Assembly: GCF_000143415.4 (NCBI RefSeq) | Contig: NW_003314329.1 | Coordinates: forward strand, 985,550 to 1,049,549 | Origin: Selaginella moellendorffii | Taxonomy: Eukaryota > Plantae > Lycopodiophyta | Reading direction: 5' to 3' | Length of the DNA stretch: 64,000 bases | Shown here: positions 1-11,043 of the stretch, piece after piece | Layout of the letters: every line of letters starts with the position of its first letter | Position numbering within the stretch: position 1 is the stretch's first letter | Translations under genes and position numbers: made by a program | Notes under the pieces: generated by a model | What the model saw: the letters and a program-made list of their open reading frames with translations, nothing else | Databases searched by the model: none | What the model was told of the DNA's origin: nothing

Positions 1-2281
1 GGCACCACAGTGAGCCCGCTGATTTCGAGAATGCTCTTGCGGGCGCTGGCGCTGGCGCTGAGCGTCGTCCTGGGCCTTCTCACGGAAGATCACCCTCCTG
101 GACAGAAGGCATTGGAGCACCCGGGGCTCGTCAAACGAAAGCCAAAGACATGTCACAATACATGATCGAGGCGGCCAAGGAGAATCCCGGACTTGCACAA
201 AAGCTACAAGACGTTTTACTGGAGAGCGGGATAGTTGCACCTCCAGAGTTCCTAGCGGAGTTATCCCCTACGGAACCACAGCAGAGGTCTACTGATGCGC
301 GGCCGGATCTGAGGAGGCCCAGTCGAGTCGCGAGAGTTAAAGAGCGAGGAAAACCTCCTCTTTTAACTAAATCGCCTGCTGCAAGACCAGATGATGCGGC
401 TGCAAAGGATAGATTACAACGCTTGAAGTCTGTGGAGGGTCTAGGAGACAGGCGACCGCTCGAGTGCCCGATGCCTTATTATCAGGCCCAAGCAGCAGCA
501 CCAACGGTGTTGACGCCGGTTCACGAGAATAGCTTTCCGGCAAACTTGATAAAGAACTCACCAGTTGCTGCTTCAGCTATAACAGCAGCTGTTGTAGCCT
601 CGTCGATGGTGGTGGCCGCAGCCAAGACGGACATCGGTGATGGTTCGTTGGAAGTTCCGATCACTGCTGCAGCTACAGCAACCGCTGCTGTAGTCGCTGC
701 TACGTCGGCTGCAGTGGTGCTCAAGTCAGAAAGTGGATCAGGGAATTCTGATAAAGGTGGAAGTGGGGACAGCAAAACCAGGACAGAGGAATCAGGAAGT
801 CACAGTGGTTCAAAGAAGAAAAACAATTCCAGAGAATCTGAAGGTGATGCGGGCGACTTGGAAAATGGTCGAACAGGAATCAGCAAATCCGACTCGATCC
901 TTGATGTTGCGGAGTGGGAGATTCCGTGGGGAGAGTTGCGTGTTGGCGATCGTATAGGTCTTGGTAAGGAGTTTAAACTTCTTTTACGCGAACTCATGTT
1001 GGTGTGCAGGGTCCTATGGAGAAGTGTACCGCGGAGAGTGGCATGGAACTGTAAGTAACTGTGACAAGTGTATCCTGAATTCACGACTCATATTAAATTC
1101 ATGCAGGAAGTTGCCATCAAGAAGTTTTTGAACCAGGATATCTCCGGCGATGCCTTGGAAGAATTTATTACTGAGGTGGAATCTAAACCATCATGGGAAT
1201 TTTTTTTTACAAGGTTTTTTTTTTCTTGCGAAAGGTTCGATTGATGAGAAGAATGCGGCATCCAAATGTGGTTCTCTTCATGGGTGCCGTAACCAGGCCG
1301 CCAAATCTGTCGATTGTAACAGAGTTTCTTCCAAGGTACTTTGATGCGGTTTTGGATCATTGTCGATATTTGGAGCGTGCAGAGGGAGCTTGTTTAAGCT
1401 GATTCACCGGCCTTCAAACCAGGTTGACGAGAGAAGAAGGCTGAGAATGGCTCTCGACGTGGTAAGAAAATTTCTTTTTTTCTTGATATGGCATTTAGTA
1501 ACGATCGTGATACCATTGAAAGGCCAAGGGTATGAACTATTTGCACTCTAGTACCCCGATGATAGTTCACAGGGACTTGAAATCTCCGAACTTGTTAGTC
1601 GATAAAAACTGGGTTGTGAAGGTACAGTAAAAGTTATCGGTTTTGTTTAGTAACACGAAAATTTGCAGGTTTGCGACTTTGGATTGTCTCGAATGAAACA
1701 TCACACTTTCTTGTCTTCGAAGTCACAGGCAGGCACGGTGGGTACACAAGACTCCCTTACTTTTCTCCTGGGTAGTTTTTTGGATTTGAGAGGACTTGTT
1801 TTTAACAGCCTGAATGGATGGCACCAGAAGTATTAAGAAATGAACCGTCTAACGAAAAGTAAGAATCGTCTTTGCTTTGCTAAATTGACACGAGCTCCTT
1901 TCGTTTGCAGATCGGATGTCTACAGCTTTGGAGTTATCCTTTGGGAACTGGCTACTCTGCAACAGCCGTGGCATGGAATGAACTCAATGCAAGTCGTCGG
2001 GGCTGTCGGTTTTCAAAACAGGAGGCTCGACATCCCAGCGGACATGGATCCCGCCATCGCAAAAATCATCCAGGAGTGCTGGGAAAAGTATGTGTTTCCT
2101 TCTTAGATTTTGTAGCGCCTGACAAAACAAATCCTCCGTTTCTTTTGGTGGCAGCGATCCTGCTCTTCGTCCAAGTTTTCATGAAATAATGGATTCCCTG
2201 CGGCCTTTCCAAAGACCTGTTATCCCCTCGCAAGGGGAGGCAGGAGGAGGTAAGCAAAAGCAACCACGCAAGGCTTCGTAG
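1..2281 (+). CDS. B3-subgroup Raf-like MAPKKK (EDR1/SIS8/CTR1 family), 5'-truncated by window edge, multi-exon
   Basis: [10 protein letters not shown] and [26 protein letters not shown] linker motifs; spliced kinase motifs [105 protein letters not shown]; short GT-AG introns; stop TAG 2279-2281. Confidence 0.93.
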
Positions 2282-2389
2282 GAACAAAAAATGGCTGGGG
2301 CTCCGTTTACTAATGTATCTGTAAAGTACAGTAATTTATAGGTGGTCGAAGACGGATTCTAGGAAGGAAGAAAAACAGGATCAAGGATG

Positions 2390-4279
2390 TCAAATTTGAC
2401 AGAAGTTCAGGGTGGAAAGACAGGAACTATCGTCTTCGGTTTTGGTTACATGGTCGGACAAACGAGACGAGGAATAAGACGAGGAAGACGAAGACGAAGA
2501 AGCAGCATTTCTAGCAGGGCCGAGATGGAGACCAGAAAGTAGAGTATAAGGCGCAGCATTTGTGGGATCGAGCTCGTAGACGTACTCCGCAGCCTTCCTG
2601 GCCCTGTGAGAATCACCAGCAGCAGTGGAAGCACTGAGAAGCGACGTCCAGGCCACAGCATCCGGCTCAAAAGGCATGGTGGCGATGAGATCTTCGGCCT
2701 CTCTGAGCCTTCCAGATCTCGCCAGAGCATCGACGACGCACATATAGTGATCCAAGCTCGCAGCTATGGCGTAGTCCGCCGAGAGGGACGCAAAGTGGGA
2801 GTAGACGTCGCTGAGAAGGCCGGCGTGAGCACAGGCCAGAAGAACGCTCACAAAGGTGACGGAGTTTGGAGTGAAGCCGTGGAGCTGCATGGCGTGGAAG
2901 ATCTCGAGAGCTTCGTGGCTATGGCCGTTTAGAGCAAAGGCCGCGAGCATGGAGCTCCAGGCTTTGACGTCGCGGTGCTTAAGATCGTCAAACACGAGCT
3001 TGGCCTCGCGGAGGTGGCCAAAGTTTCCATACATCGCTACCAGTGCCGTCTTGATCGCAAAGTGGGCGATCCATCCTCTCCCCTCGTCGGTGAGAATGGA
3101 GTGGACGATCCTTCCCTCGGCGACGCTGGAGCACGAATCGATGATGGCGGTGAAGGTGACGCTGTCGGGAGCGATTCCTTCGAGATCCATGGCGCGGAAG
3201 AGATCAAGAGCCTCGCGGCGGCGATGCCCGGACTGGGCATACGCGGTGATGATCGAGTTCCACGCGACGACGTTGTTATTCTTTCGCGGGATCTTGTCGA
3301 AGAGCTGGCGCGCCGCGTGGAGATCGCCGGCGCGGGCGTAGGTTGTGACCATCGTCGTCCACGAGACGCTGGATCGCAGCCTGGGAGGAGTGTTCTCGAA
3401 GAACTCGCGCGCCTGGGAGGGAGAGTGATTAATCGCATAGGCCGCGAGCATCGCTGCCCATAGCACGGCGTCGCCGCCAGCGCCATCGATCCCAGTGGCG
3501 CGATCGAAAGCCCGCCTCGCGTCCTCGATCTTGCCCAGTCTGCCATACATCTCCACCAGCGCGGTGGAGATCGTGATCTCTCCCTGGAATCCGGCCGTGA
3601 GGAGCTCGGCGTGGATCCACATCCCCAGCCCCATCGCTAGCGACTGACCGCAAGCGTCGAGGATCGCGACGAAGGTCACGCGATCCGGGCGAGCGCCCTC
3701 GAGGTCCATCGCGCGGAAGAGCCCCAGCGCTCGCGCAAAATCCCCTTCTCTGGCAAATGCGCAGATCATCGCGTTCCAAGAGACTGTGTTCCTCTCGGGC
3801 ATTTGATCGAAGAGAAGCTTTGCTCGATCGATGCGATTGCTCTTGGCGTAGGCGACGAGCATCGCGGTCCACGACGCTACGTCCCTCCTGGGCATCCCCG
3901 AGAAGAATTTCTCCGCGCGATCGAGATGCCCGCTCTGGGAGAGGATCGAGAGCATGATGTTCCAGGAGAATTGGTTCCTGGGATCCATCCGGTGGAAGAA
4001 TTCGCTGGCGTCCTCGATCGAGCACTTGCCATACATCTGGAGCACGAGATTGGAGAGGAACTCGTCGCCGCGCAGCCGGCCGTGCTTGATCATCTGGGCG
4101 TGGATCCGGCGGCCATGGGAGAGCGCCCGCGCGGATCCACACCGCCGGAGCAATGATCCATACGTGACGCTGTCCGAGGAAGACGATGAGGATTCTAGGG
4201 ATCTCACTGCCCTCTCGAGCTGCTCTAGGACTAGCGCTGGATCGTCGCTCTTGCTCGCGTGGAGGAGGAACTGCGCCAT
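2390..4279 (-). CDS. PLS-class pentatricopeptide repeat protein with E domain (no DYW), probable organellar RNA-editing factor
   Basis: 629-aa intronless ORF with repeated P/L/S motifs (VSWNAMICAFAREG, PDRVTFVAILDAC, ALVEMYG) and E-domain HYMCVVDALARSGRLREAEDLIATMPFEPDAVAWTSLL. Confidence 0.93.
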   Translation of the reverse strand: MAQFLLHASKSDDPALVLEQLERAVRSLESSSSSSDSVTYGSLLRRCGSARALSHGRRIHAQMIKHGRLRGDEFLSNLVLQMYGKCSIEDASEFFHRMDPRNQFSWNIMLSILSQSGHLDRAEKFFSGMPRRDVASWTAMLVAYAKSNRIDRAKLLFDQMPERNTVSWNAMICAFAREGDFARALGLFRAMDLEGARPDRVTFVAILDACGQSLAMGLGMWIHAELLTAGFQGEITISTALVEMYGRLGKIEDARRAFDRATGIDGAGGDAVLWAAMLAAYAINHSPSQAREFFENTPPRLRSSVSWTTMVTTYARAGDLHAARQLFDKIPRKNNNVVAWNSIITAYAQSGHRRREALDLFRAMDLEGIAPDSVTFTAIIDSCSSVAEGRIVHSILTDEGRGWIAHFAIKTALVAMYGNFGHLREAKLVFDDLKHRDVKAWSSMLAAFALNGHSHEALEIFHAMQLHGFTPNSVTFVSVLLACAHAGLLSDVYSHFASLSADYAIAASLDHYMCVVDALARSGRLREAEDLIATMPFEPDAVAWTSLLSASTAAGDSHRARKAAEYVYELDPTNAAPYTLLSGLHLGPARNAASSSSSSSSYSSSRLSDHVTKTEDDSSCLSTLNFCQI

Positions 4280-4434
4280 GCCGCGCGGCGTACTGCCAAG
4301 TAACGGTATCTTACCGCGCGGTATGGCGGGCTAACTGACACTCAAAGCAATCCAATGTGGATGACCCGCGCATTTCTCTTTTTTGAAAAAAGTGCCCTAT
4401 TAGAAATGGGGAATTAGGGTTTCAATCTCCGGCG
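4275..4434. promoter_or_regulatory. Short divergent (probably bidirectional) promoter between the PPR and channel genes, with a telo-box and two CCGCGCGG elements
   Basis: 155 bp between the PPR ATG (4279, -) and the predicted channel ATG (4435, +); TTAGGGTTT (reverse telo-box AAACCCTAA) at 4414-4422; CCGCGCGG at 4281 and 4314. Confidence 0.5.
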
Positions 4435-7400
4435 ATGGAGGCCGAGAGAGAGAGGCGCTTGAGCCGGCGGATCTCCGGCATTGTCATCGCCGCGGCCAAG
4501 GCGGTGTCCAAGCTCACCGAGGGGTAAGATCACAGCTCCAGCGGCGCTGCATTCTCTGTGCTTGTTGTGTGCTTATCAGGCAGAAAGATCCAGAGGAGGA
4601 CCCGGATTTCGTCGCGAGGAATCCTCAGTGGGAGCCGGAATTGCCGCCGATCCATGGCGTGCGGCGGCCGACGGATGCGAAGGCGCAATCTACTGCTGCG
4701 CTGCTTGCGGCACTTGACGAGCTCCCTCCCATTGCGATCGATTCGGCCGCCAAGCAAAACTGGAAGAAGGCTTACAAGACAGTGAAGAGGATTTTGGTAA
4801 GTCACTCCACCCACCTGTGTAGTGTAAAGCTTTTCACTTTCGTTTCTTCACAGATTGTGAGAAGGAAGGCAATGCGTAGTGCTCTTGGAACTGGAGCTCA
4901 GATGGAAGGACATGCGCTGGGGGTGTGGAGTCCCTATAGCACGGCGCGTTTGAAGCTCTTTATGATGCTCTACAACCAGTAATCATTCTAGCGCTGAAGT
5001 TTTTGCTTCAAAGTTCTCACTACTGTGCCAGGAAAGCGGAGTATGTCGTTCTTTGCTTGATCATATCACACCTCTTGGTGCTCATCTTCCAAGGATCATC
5101 CCAAGAACAATGGACTCACGTCCGGAAGTTCGACCTCGACTTTGCCGATGCGACGCTTACTCTGTTCTACACGTAAGTATATTCCAAGATCTAAGAGGTA
5201 TTTTAGCATTGACATTCTTTTTTGTCTCAGCATTGAGATGATTCTTCGGATCCTCTGTCTTGGCTTTATCAGAGGTCCTAACACATACCTGCGGGATCCA
5301 TACAATAGGCTCGATTTTGTCATCGTGATTGATTCCTGGTAAGTCGGTCTTTCGTGTTTTCTATACTGAAGGTCTTAAAGTTTAGGGTCCATATTGGTGT
5401 AAGAAGTGTGACTGGAAGCGAGTTCTTTGCACGCATTGCGATTCTTCGTGCATTTCGAGCCCTGTTAGTTTTGAAGCATTTCACGTTCTTCGCTGATGTC
5501 ATAGTATGTTCTCTGAGGTTATGTTCCCATAACAACGTATGACGAAAGTGTGAATCACTTGCTAGGCTATCATGTCTGCAGTTGGAAGGAGCATTGTTCC
5601 TCTTGAGAACGTCATTTACTTGACACTGTTCATTATCGTCTTCTATGCGCTCCTTGGTATTGAGTTTCTCGAGGAAACTTTAGATCAACGGTATGTATAA
5701 ACGAGCCTTTTTCTGTAGACTAAAGCGTTTTGCTACTCATCCAGGTGCATTCGAACGACAGATAACCAGTTGGCCTATCCAGAGCGGTTTTGTGATGCGA
5801 AGAAAGTGACGGATGGGTACAAGTGCCCGAGCTCACAAAGTCAGAAATGTCTGGTAAGGAGTTGATCTTTATCATCGAAACAGTAGGTAGTTTTCCTTAA
5901 ATGTTTACTCTTGCAGTGCAGGTGTCCGGTAATCCCAACTGGGGATCTACAAACTTTGATCAGTTCCACTATGCCCTGCTCACTATGTTTCAGGTTCTCA
6001 TTTGACAATTTTGTGTCTTTTAAAATTGTTCTGACGGTCGCTGCTTGTTTCAAGGTCATATCCTTGGAAGGTTGGAGTCTCTTAATGTACAGCATCAAGG
6101 ATGCCGAAGCTGCGCAAGCAGGTGCTGCTTCTAATGTTTCTTCTTCTTGTTGACTCCTCAAGTCTCTTGGATGCAGATGCATATTTTATGACTTTAGTCG
6201 TTTTTGGCACATACTTGCTTATTAATGTTTTCATTGCTGGTATAAGTGGAGTGTTCCTTCGAGTGAGGGCTGAACATCAGGCAAGAACTTTATCTCTCTG
6301 AATTCTATATGTTTTGTGTTTTCTTTTTCCAGATGCTGCTAAAGAAAAGCCGCCAACCGAACCAAGTTACTTTCTACAACGCAACGGTAATGGCAAATGT
6401 TCTCAAAGACGACATTATTAAGGACGATGAGAGGAACAAGAGATGGCACATCCGTTTCATAAACAGATCAAAGAAAATGCACCGGGACGTCATTCGTGCT
6501 GTAAGTCGTACTCGGTCGTCCGTGAAGGCGGCCTTTCAGGCCACCTCGTTCAGGTTCAGTAGACAGTTCTCCATGGCTGGGGGTAGCCGGCGGTTTTCAC
6601 GAACTTACTCACGGGCGCTGAGTCGTAGTGTGACCATGGGTATGAGAGCAGCAATGGACTTGTCGCATAAGTCCCGTGCAATTGTTGAAAATCCAAACTT
6701 CAACCGGGGGGTGCTATTGGCGGTCACTATAAACATCATCATTTTGTGCCTGTACAAATATGGGATGTCGAACGATTTACTCTATACTCTTTGTACGTCT
6801 GATGGTTTTTCTTTCTGGAATTTCTTTCTGACGTCCTTAACATGGTGACAGATGCTATTCAAGCGGTGCTGCTTGTTATATTTGCCGCAGAGATGGTTTT
6901 GCGATTTCTTGCGTATGGACCTAGGCCATTTATTGCAGACAGTGAGTACTTACTGTTTATCTTGTCCTTCACTGAACATGCCTGTCTTTATCAGAAATGA
7001 ACGTGTTCGATGTTTTCGTGATCTCCGTGTCTGCTGGGGCTTTGGTTTCAAGAGCTTATCCCAATATCTCTTCAGTTCGGGTTTTGCGATGGTTTTACTT
7101 GTCGAAAAAGTATGTGGATAAACATCCAAGTACAGTGGTAAGGCTCGTGTACACAGTTTTTTTTTTTTTTTTTCCTGCTCTTACTTTTCTTTTAACTGAC
7201 TTTAACTTCTCCCAGGCCACATGTATAAAAAGTGTGGGCTCTCTTGTTAGTGTTTTTTTCTTCTACCTCCTTGTTATTACAATTTGCTCCATTATCAGCA
7301 TGGAACTGTACAGTGGTCAATACTATAACTTTCCGGACGGTTATCCCAGGGGAAATCATGACTCCATGCTGCAGACTATGCTTTTATGGTTTACCGTCAC

Positions 7401-10400
7401 AACAGGTGAATCCTGGGTCAACCAAATGTGGAACTCTATGAGACCCGGAGTGAAATATAAGTAAGTAAATACTACTATGGTTTTTTCTCTCTGACACGAA
7501 GTAATGGTTTTTCTTTCACAGTTGGCTGGCGCCCTTTCTCTATGTATTATACTACTGCATGACAACTTATGTTATCTTAAATCTTATTATTGCCGTCATC
7601 CTGGAGAGGAGCGAACTTACTGACAACCAAAAAAAACAGATACAACGAGTAAGTACCTGGTTTAATAAAAACTTCTGTCGATGATATTTTTCTCTTTCAG
7701 GTAGAACATATGAAACTACTGAGGCGGATGCATAGCAGGGCTTATATACGAAGCGGAAGCTGGGTTGTAGACGCTGTGGAAGGAGCCCAGGCCGGTTTCA
7801 AAAAGGTGGCATCTCGGGTTTTAAGCATGAATGTGAGGGCATTGAAAGACGGTAGCAGACGGGATGAACGAGAAAGAAGACGAACAAGGGATGGAGGATC
7901 TGAACCAGCCAGTAGTGGACAGTCGGAGCTTCCAGGGGCAGTTTCTGAGCAGCCAGCAGGCAATACAAGCGTCACATTACAGCCCTCAACATCTGCTGCT
8001 GCAGAAAAATCCCGCACCAGTTCTGAAGCAACATCAGAGAAGTTGCATCGCCGCTCTTCTCAAGTTATTCAAACGTCCGGCTTTCCAACCGATATTGGCG
8101 AAAGGCGGGAGTCGAGAACTGCACTAGAGAGCGCAGTTCTCACGCTTGCAACAATGACCAAGCCACCTGTCGTAAGGGCTCCAAGCAGAATGGACAGGAG
8201 GCTGAGCCGGAAAATGAGTAGAACCGCCAGCAAAAGACAGTCGTTTCAGCTAGCTGAGTACGAGGAGCTTGAGAAGAGCATTGCAACTTTAGAGAGGCCG
8301 TGGTACTTGCAAGAAGGGTCACTTCTTCTGTTTGGACAAGGAAACGCCGTCAGGAACTTGTGCCAGCTAGTTGTGGGAAGTGTTTGGTGGTGGTGGTTCT
8401 CAATGTTTTGGGCTGTTATCAGCGTGTGGACTGTGGTCGAGATGAAGCCGAATGGCGATCCCCTCGTTCTCAAGTCCTTCCTGCCTGTACTGCACAACCT
8501 CGTGTTTGTGGTAAGCATCTCAGTTCCATGCTCTGATTTCTTATGCTATGTGATTGGAACAGGTATTCTTCGCGGAGCTTCTCATGAGAGTTATCTCTCA
8601 AGGCCTGATCTTCACTCCCGACGCCTACATGGGGGACTTTTACAACCTGATCGACGTTTTTATACTTATCATCGACGCACTTAACATGAAAACTACGTGG
8701 AGCGAGAATTCAGCAAGGCCTATTCACGCTCTGCTTGCGCTCCGGCCGTTTCGATTCGTGTGTCGACTCACCGGGTTGAAGAGTTTATTCGGTAATCTAG
8801 TGAGTACCTGTCCGGCGATTGCGTCAGTTTTGCTATTCACTTTCACCATCTTTGCAATCTTCGGCTCTATCGCTATTCAACTCTTTCGTGGCCACCTTTA
8901 CTCTTGTAACGACACTAATGTGAGTCACCGAGCCTACTGCACGGGCTATTACATCAACAAAGTCTCGCTTATGGCTCCTCGTGCATGGACCAATCCTACG
9001 TTCCACTTCGATGACATTGGCAACGCTCTTCTCACCCTGTTTATCACGTCTAGCTTCGACAATTGGGTTGGAAACTGGTTATATCCGGTCATGGACATTG
9101 CTCCCGAGAATCATCAGCCCCGCCGAAACCACAGCCCGGTTTACGCTCTTTTCATGGTGGCCTTTGTCTGCGCTGGAGGTTTTTTTATAATGCGAGTTTT
9201 CGTGGGAGTGTTCATCAACGAGTTTGGAGTTAGATCCGGTTCCAAGCTTCTGACAGAACGGCAGAAGCTCTGGAGGGACATGAACCGTATAATTCAGAAG
9301 ATGAGACAGAGACCGGTGCCGCGGCCGCAGAAAGATCCCATCAGGAAGTTTTGCTATCATTTGGTCCATCATAAGTACTATCCCCACGGTATGGTAATCG
9401 TCATTCTTAGTTACTGCGCATTTCTGGCCTCTCATGTTGCCAACCAGACCAAGGCAACCTCCAGAAGCCGGCAGAAACTTCATTGTTTCTACACAACTCT
9501 CTTCTTGGTAGAGATGTTGCTGAAGATAATTGGTAATGAGGTGAGTACAATCAACAACAAACTCTCGGCTACTCTTCTAACTTCTTTCTTTTTCTTTTTC
9601 GGTGAGTGCAGTTTAGCGTTTACAAACATGACCACGCTAGTCATTTGGAAGCTGCGCTCTCCTTGACAGCTGCTGCGTGTTTGTTGCCTAAGAAAGGCTC
9701 GCCTCGTCAAACTATAGGCCGCGTTGCATACAGCTTGCGGCTTTTTTGCCTTATTCCTCACATTCCAAGGGCCCGGGTGCTGATAAACACTATAATCGTC
9801 TGCTTCCCAAGCATGGCAGAGATCATGGCTCTTCTCATGATCTGCCTCTTCGCGTTCTCGGGCATTGGCTTTCAAATGTTTAGCCAAGTGAAGGATGGAG
9901 TTTGCATTGGGCCTGCCATCAACTTCAGGAGCTTTGTAAACTCGTTCATCACCGTATTTCAGGTGCACAATGTTTTCACAAGTTGGCACAGATTAACTCT
10001 GTAGTCTTACAGGTGACAACTGCTGATAACTGGTCTTGCATTATGGGCGATGTTATGGTGGCGCCGCCATACTGCACGAAAGGTTCGTCGCTAATGGCAA
10101 ACGACTGCGGTTTTCCTGTAGCGGGCGTTGTCTACTTTGTGGCGCTCATCGTCGTGGCAAACAACATATTCATGAACTTGTTCGTGGCTATTATCTTGGA
10201 CGTGATCACTTTCGGGCTGGTGAACGAGAACTCGATGATCACTCCGAATCATCTCGAGGACTACAGGGTCCTATGGTCCAAAGACGCATTTGATCCGAGG
10301 TAACTTCCACATTTTCTCTGCTCTTTTCCTCGGAGCCTTTATGCATGCGTACGGATTTGGCAGGGGAACTGGATTTATTGGCATTCACAAGCTCAGGAAT

Positions 10401-10927
10401 TTTGTGAATTCTCTCGGGATTCCTTTGGGACGTCGACACAATGCCTCGTCAGAATGGTGAGCTATAGAAGCCTTAACATTCATCGAGATATGATTTGATT
10501 CTTGTTTCTTGCCGAGACAGGTACGCAAGGATAGAGTACGAAGTCATGAGCTTCCGAGTTCCAAACAAAGGAATTCCTTTCAAGCAACTCCTTGAGACGC
10601 TAACACTCTACAAGATTGGACCCACGGTAACACAAAAATATTTCTAGCTCGTTCTAAACGCTAGCTATAATTCGTCACCAGGGCCTTCCACTCTCGCTAC
10701 GAATCGAGAGGGAGAAACACATCCAGGGCATTTACAGAGGTGGCGCGGTCATCAAAATCCAAGCCGCGTGGAGGGGACATCTGGTGAGAAGAGTTAAGCT
10801 GAGAAAGAAAGAAGAAGAGACTGAAAAGGAGATTGAGAGGACGAGAGAAAAGGGGAGGCCGGAGGAGATAGAAAAGGAGGAGAAACTCAAAAGTGAATCA
10901 ATTTTGTTAGAAGATCTAAAAACCTGA
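4435..10927 (+). CDS. Four-repeat (24-TM) voltage-gated cation channel alpha subunit, Cav-like, with C-terminal IQ motif; many short introns
   Basis: Cav-type S2-S3 motif EMILRILCLGFIRGPNTYLRDPYNRLDFVIV; four pore loops ISLEGW (E 6067), TTGESW (E 7408), SSFDNW (D 9058), TTADNW (D 10025); S6 motifs LINVFIAGI, LNLIIAVIL, MRVFVGVFINEF, MNLFVAIILD; IQAAWRGHLVRR at 10757-10792; ATG 4435 and TGA 10925-10927 from manual splicing. Confidence 0.88.
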
Positions 10928-11043
10928 CTAGTAAAATGTAAAATGCTATTCTTTCTTTTGAAAAGATGGTGGATGTGGATGCTCCAACAATGTAGTAGCT
11001 CGTTTCATTATTCCAGGAGATTATAGAAACCATGTCTCGGTCG

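Noticed and set aside
2446-4334. Many overlapping alternative-frame and antisense ORFs over the PPR gene
   Set aside because: Expected by-product of GC-rich coding DNA; no domain signal
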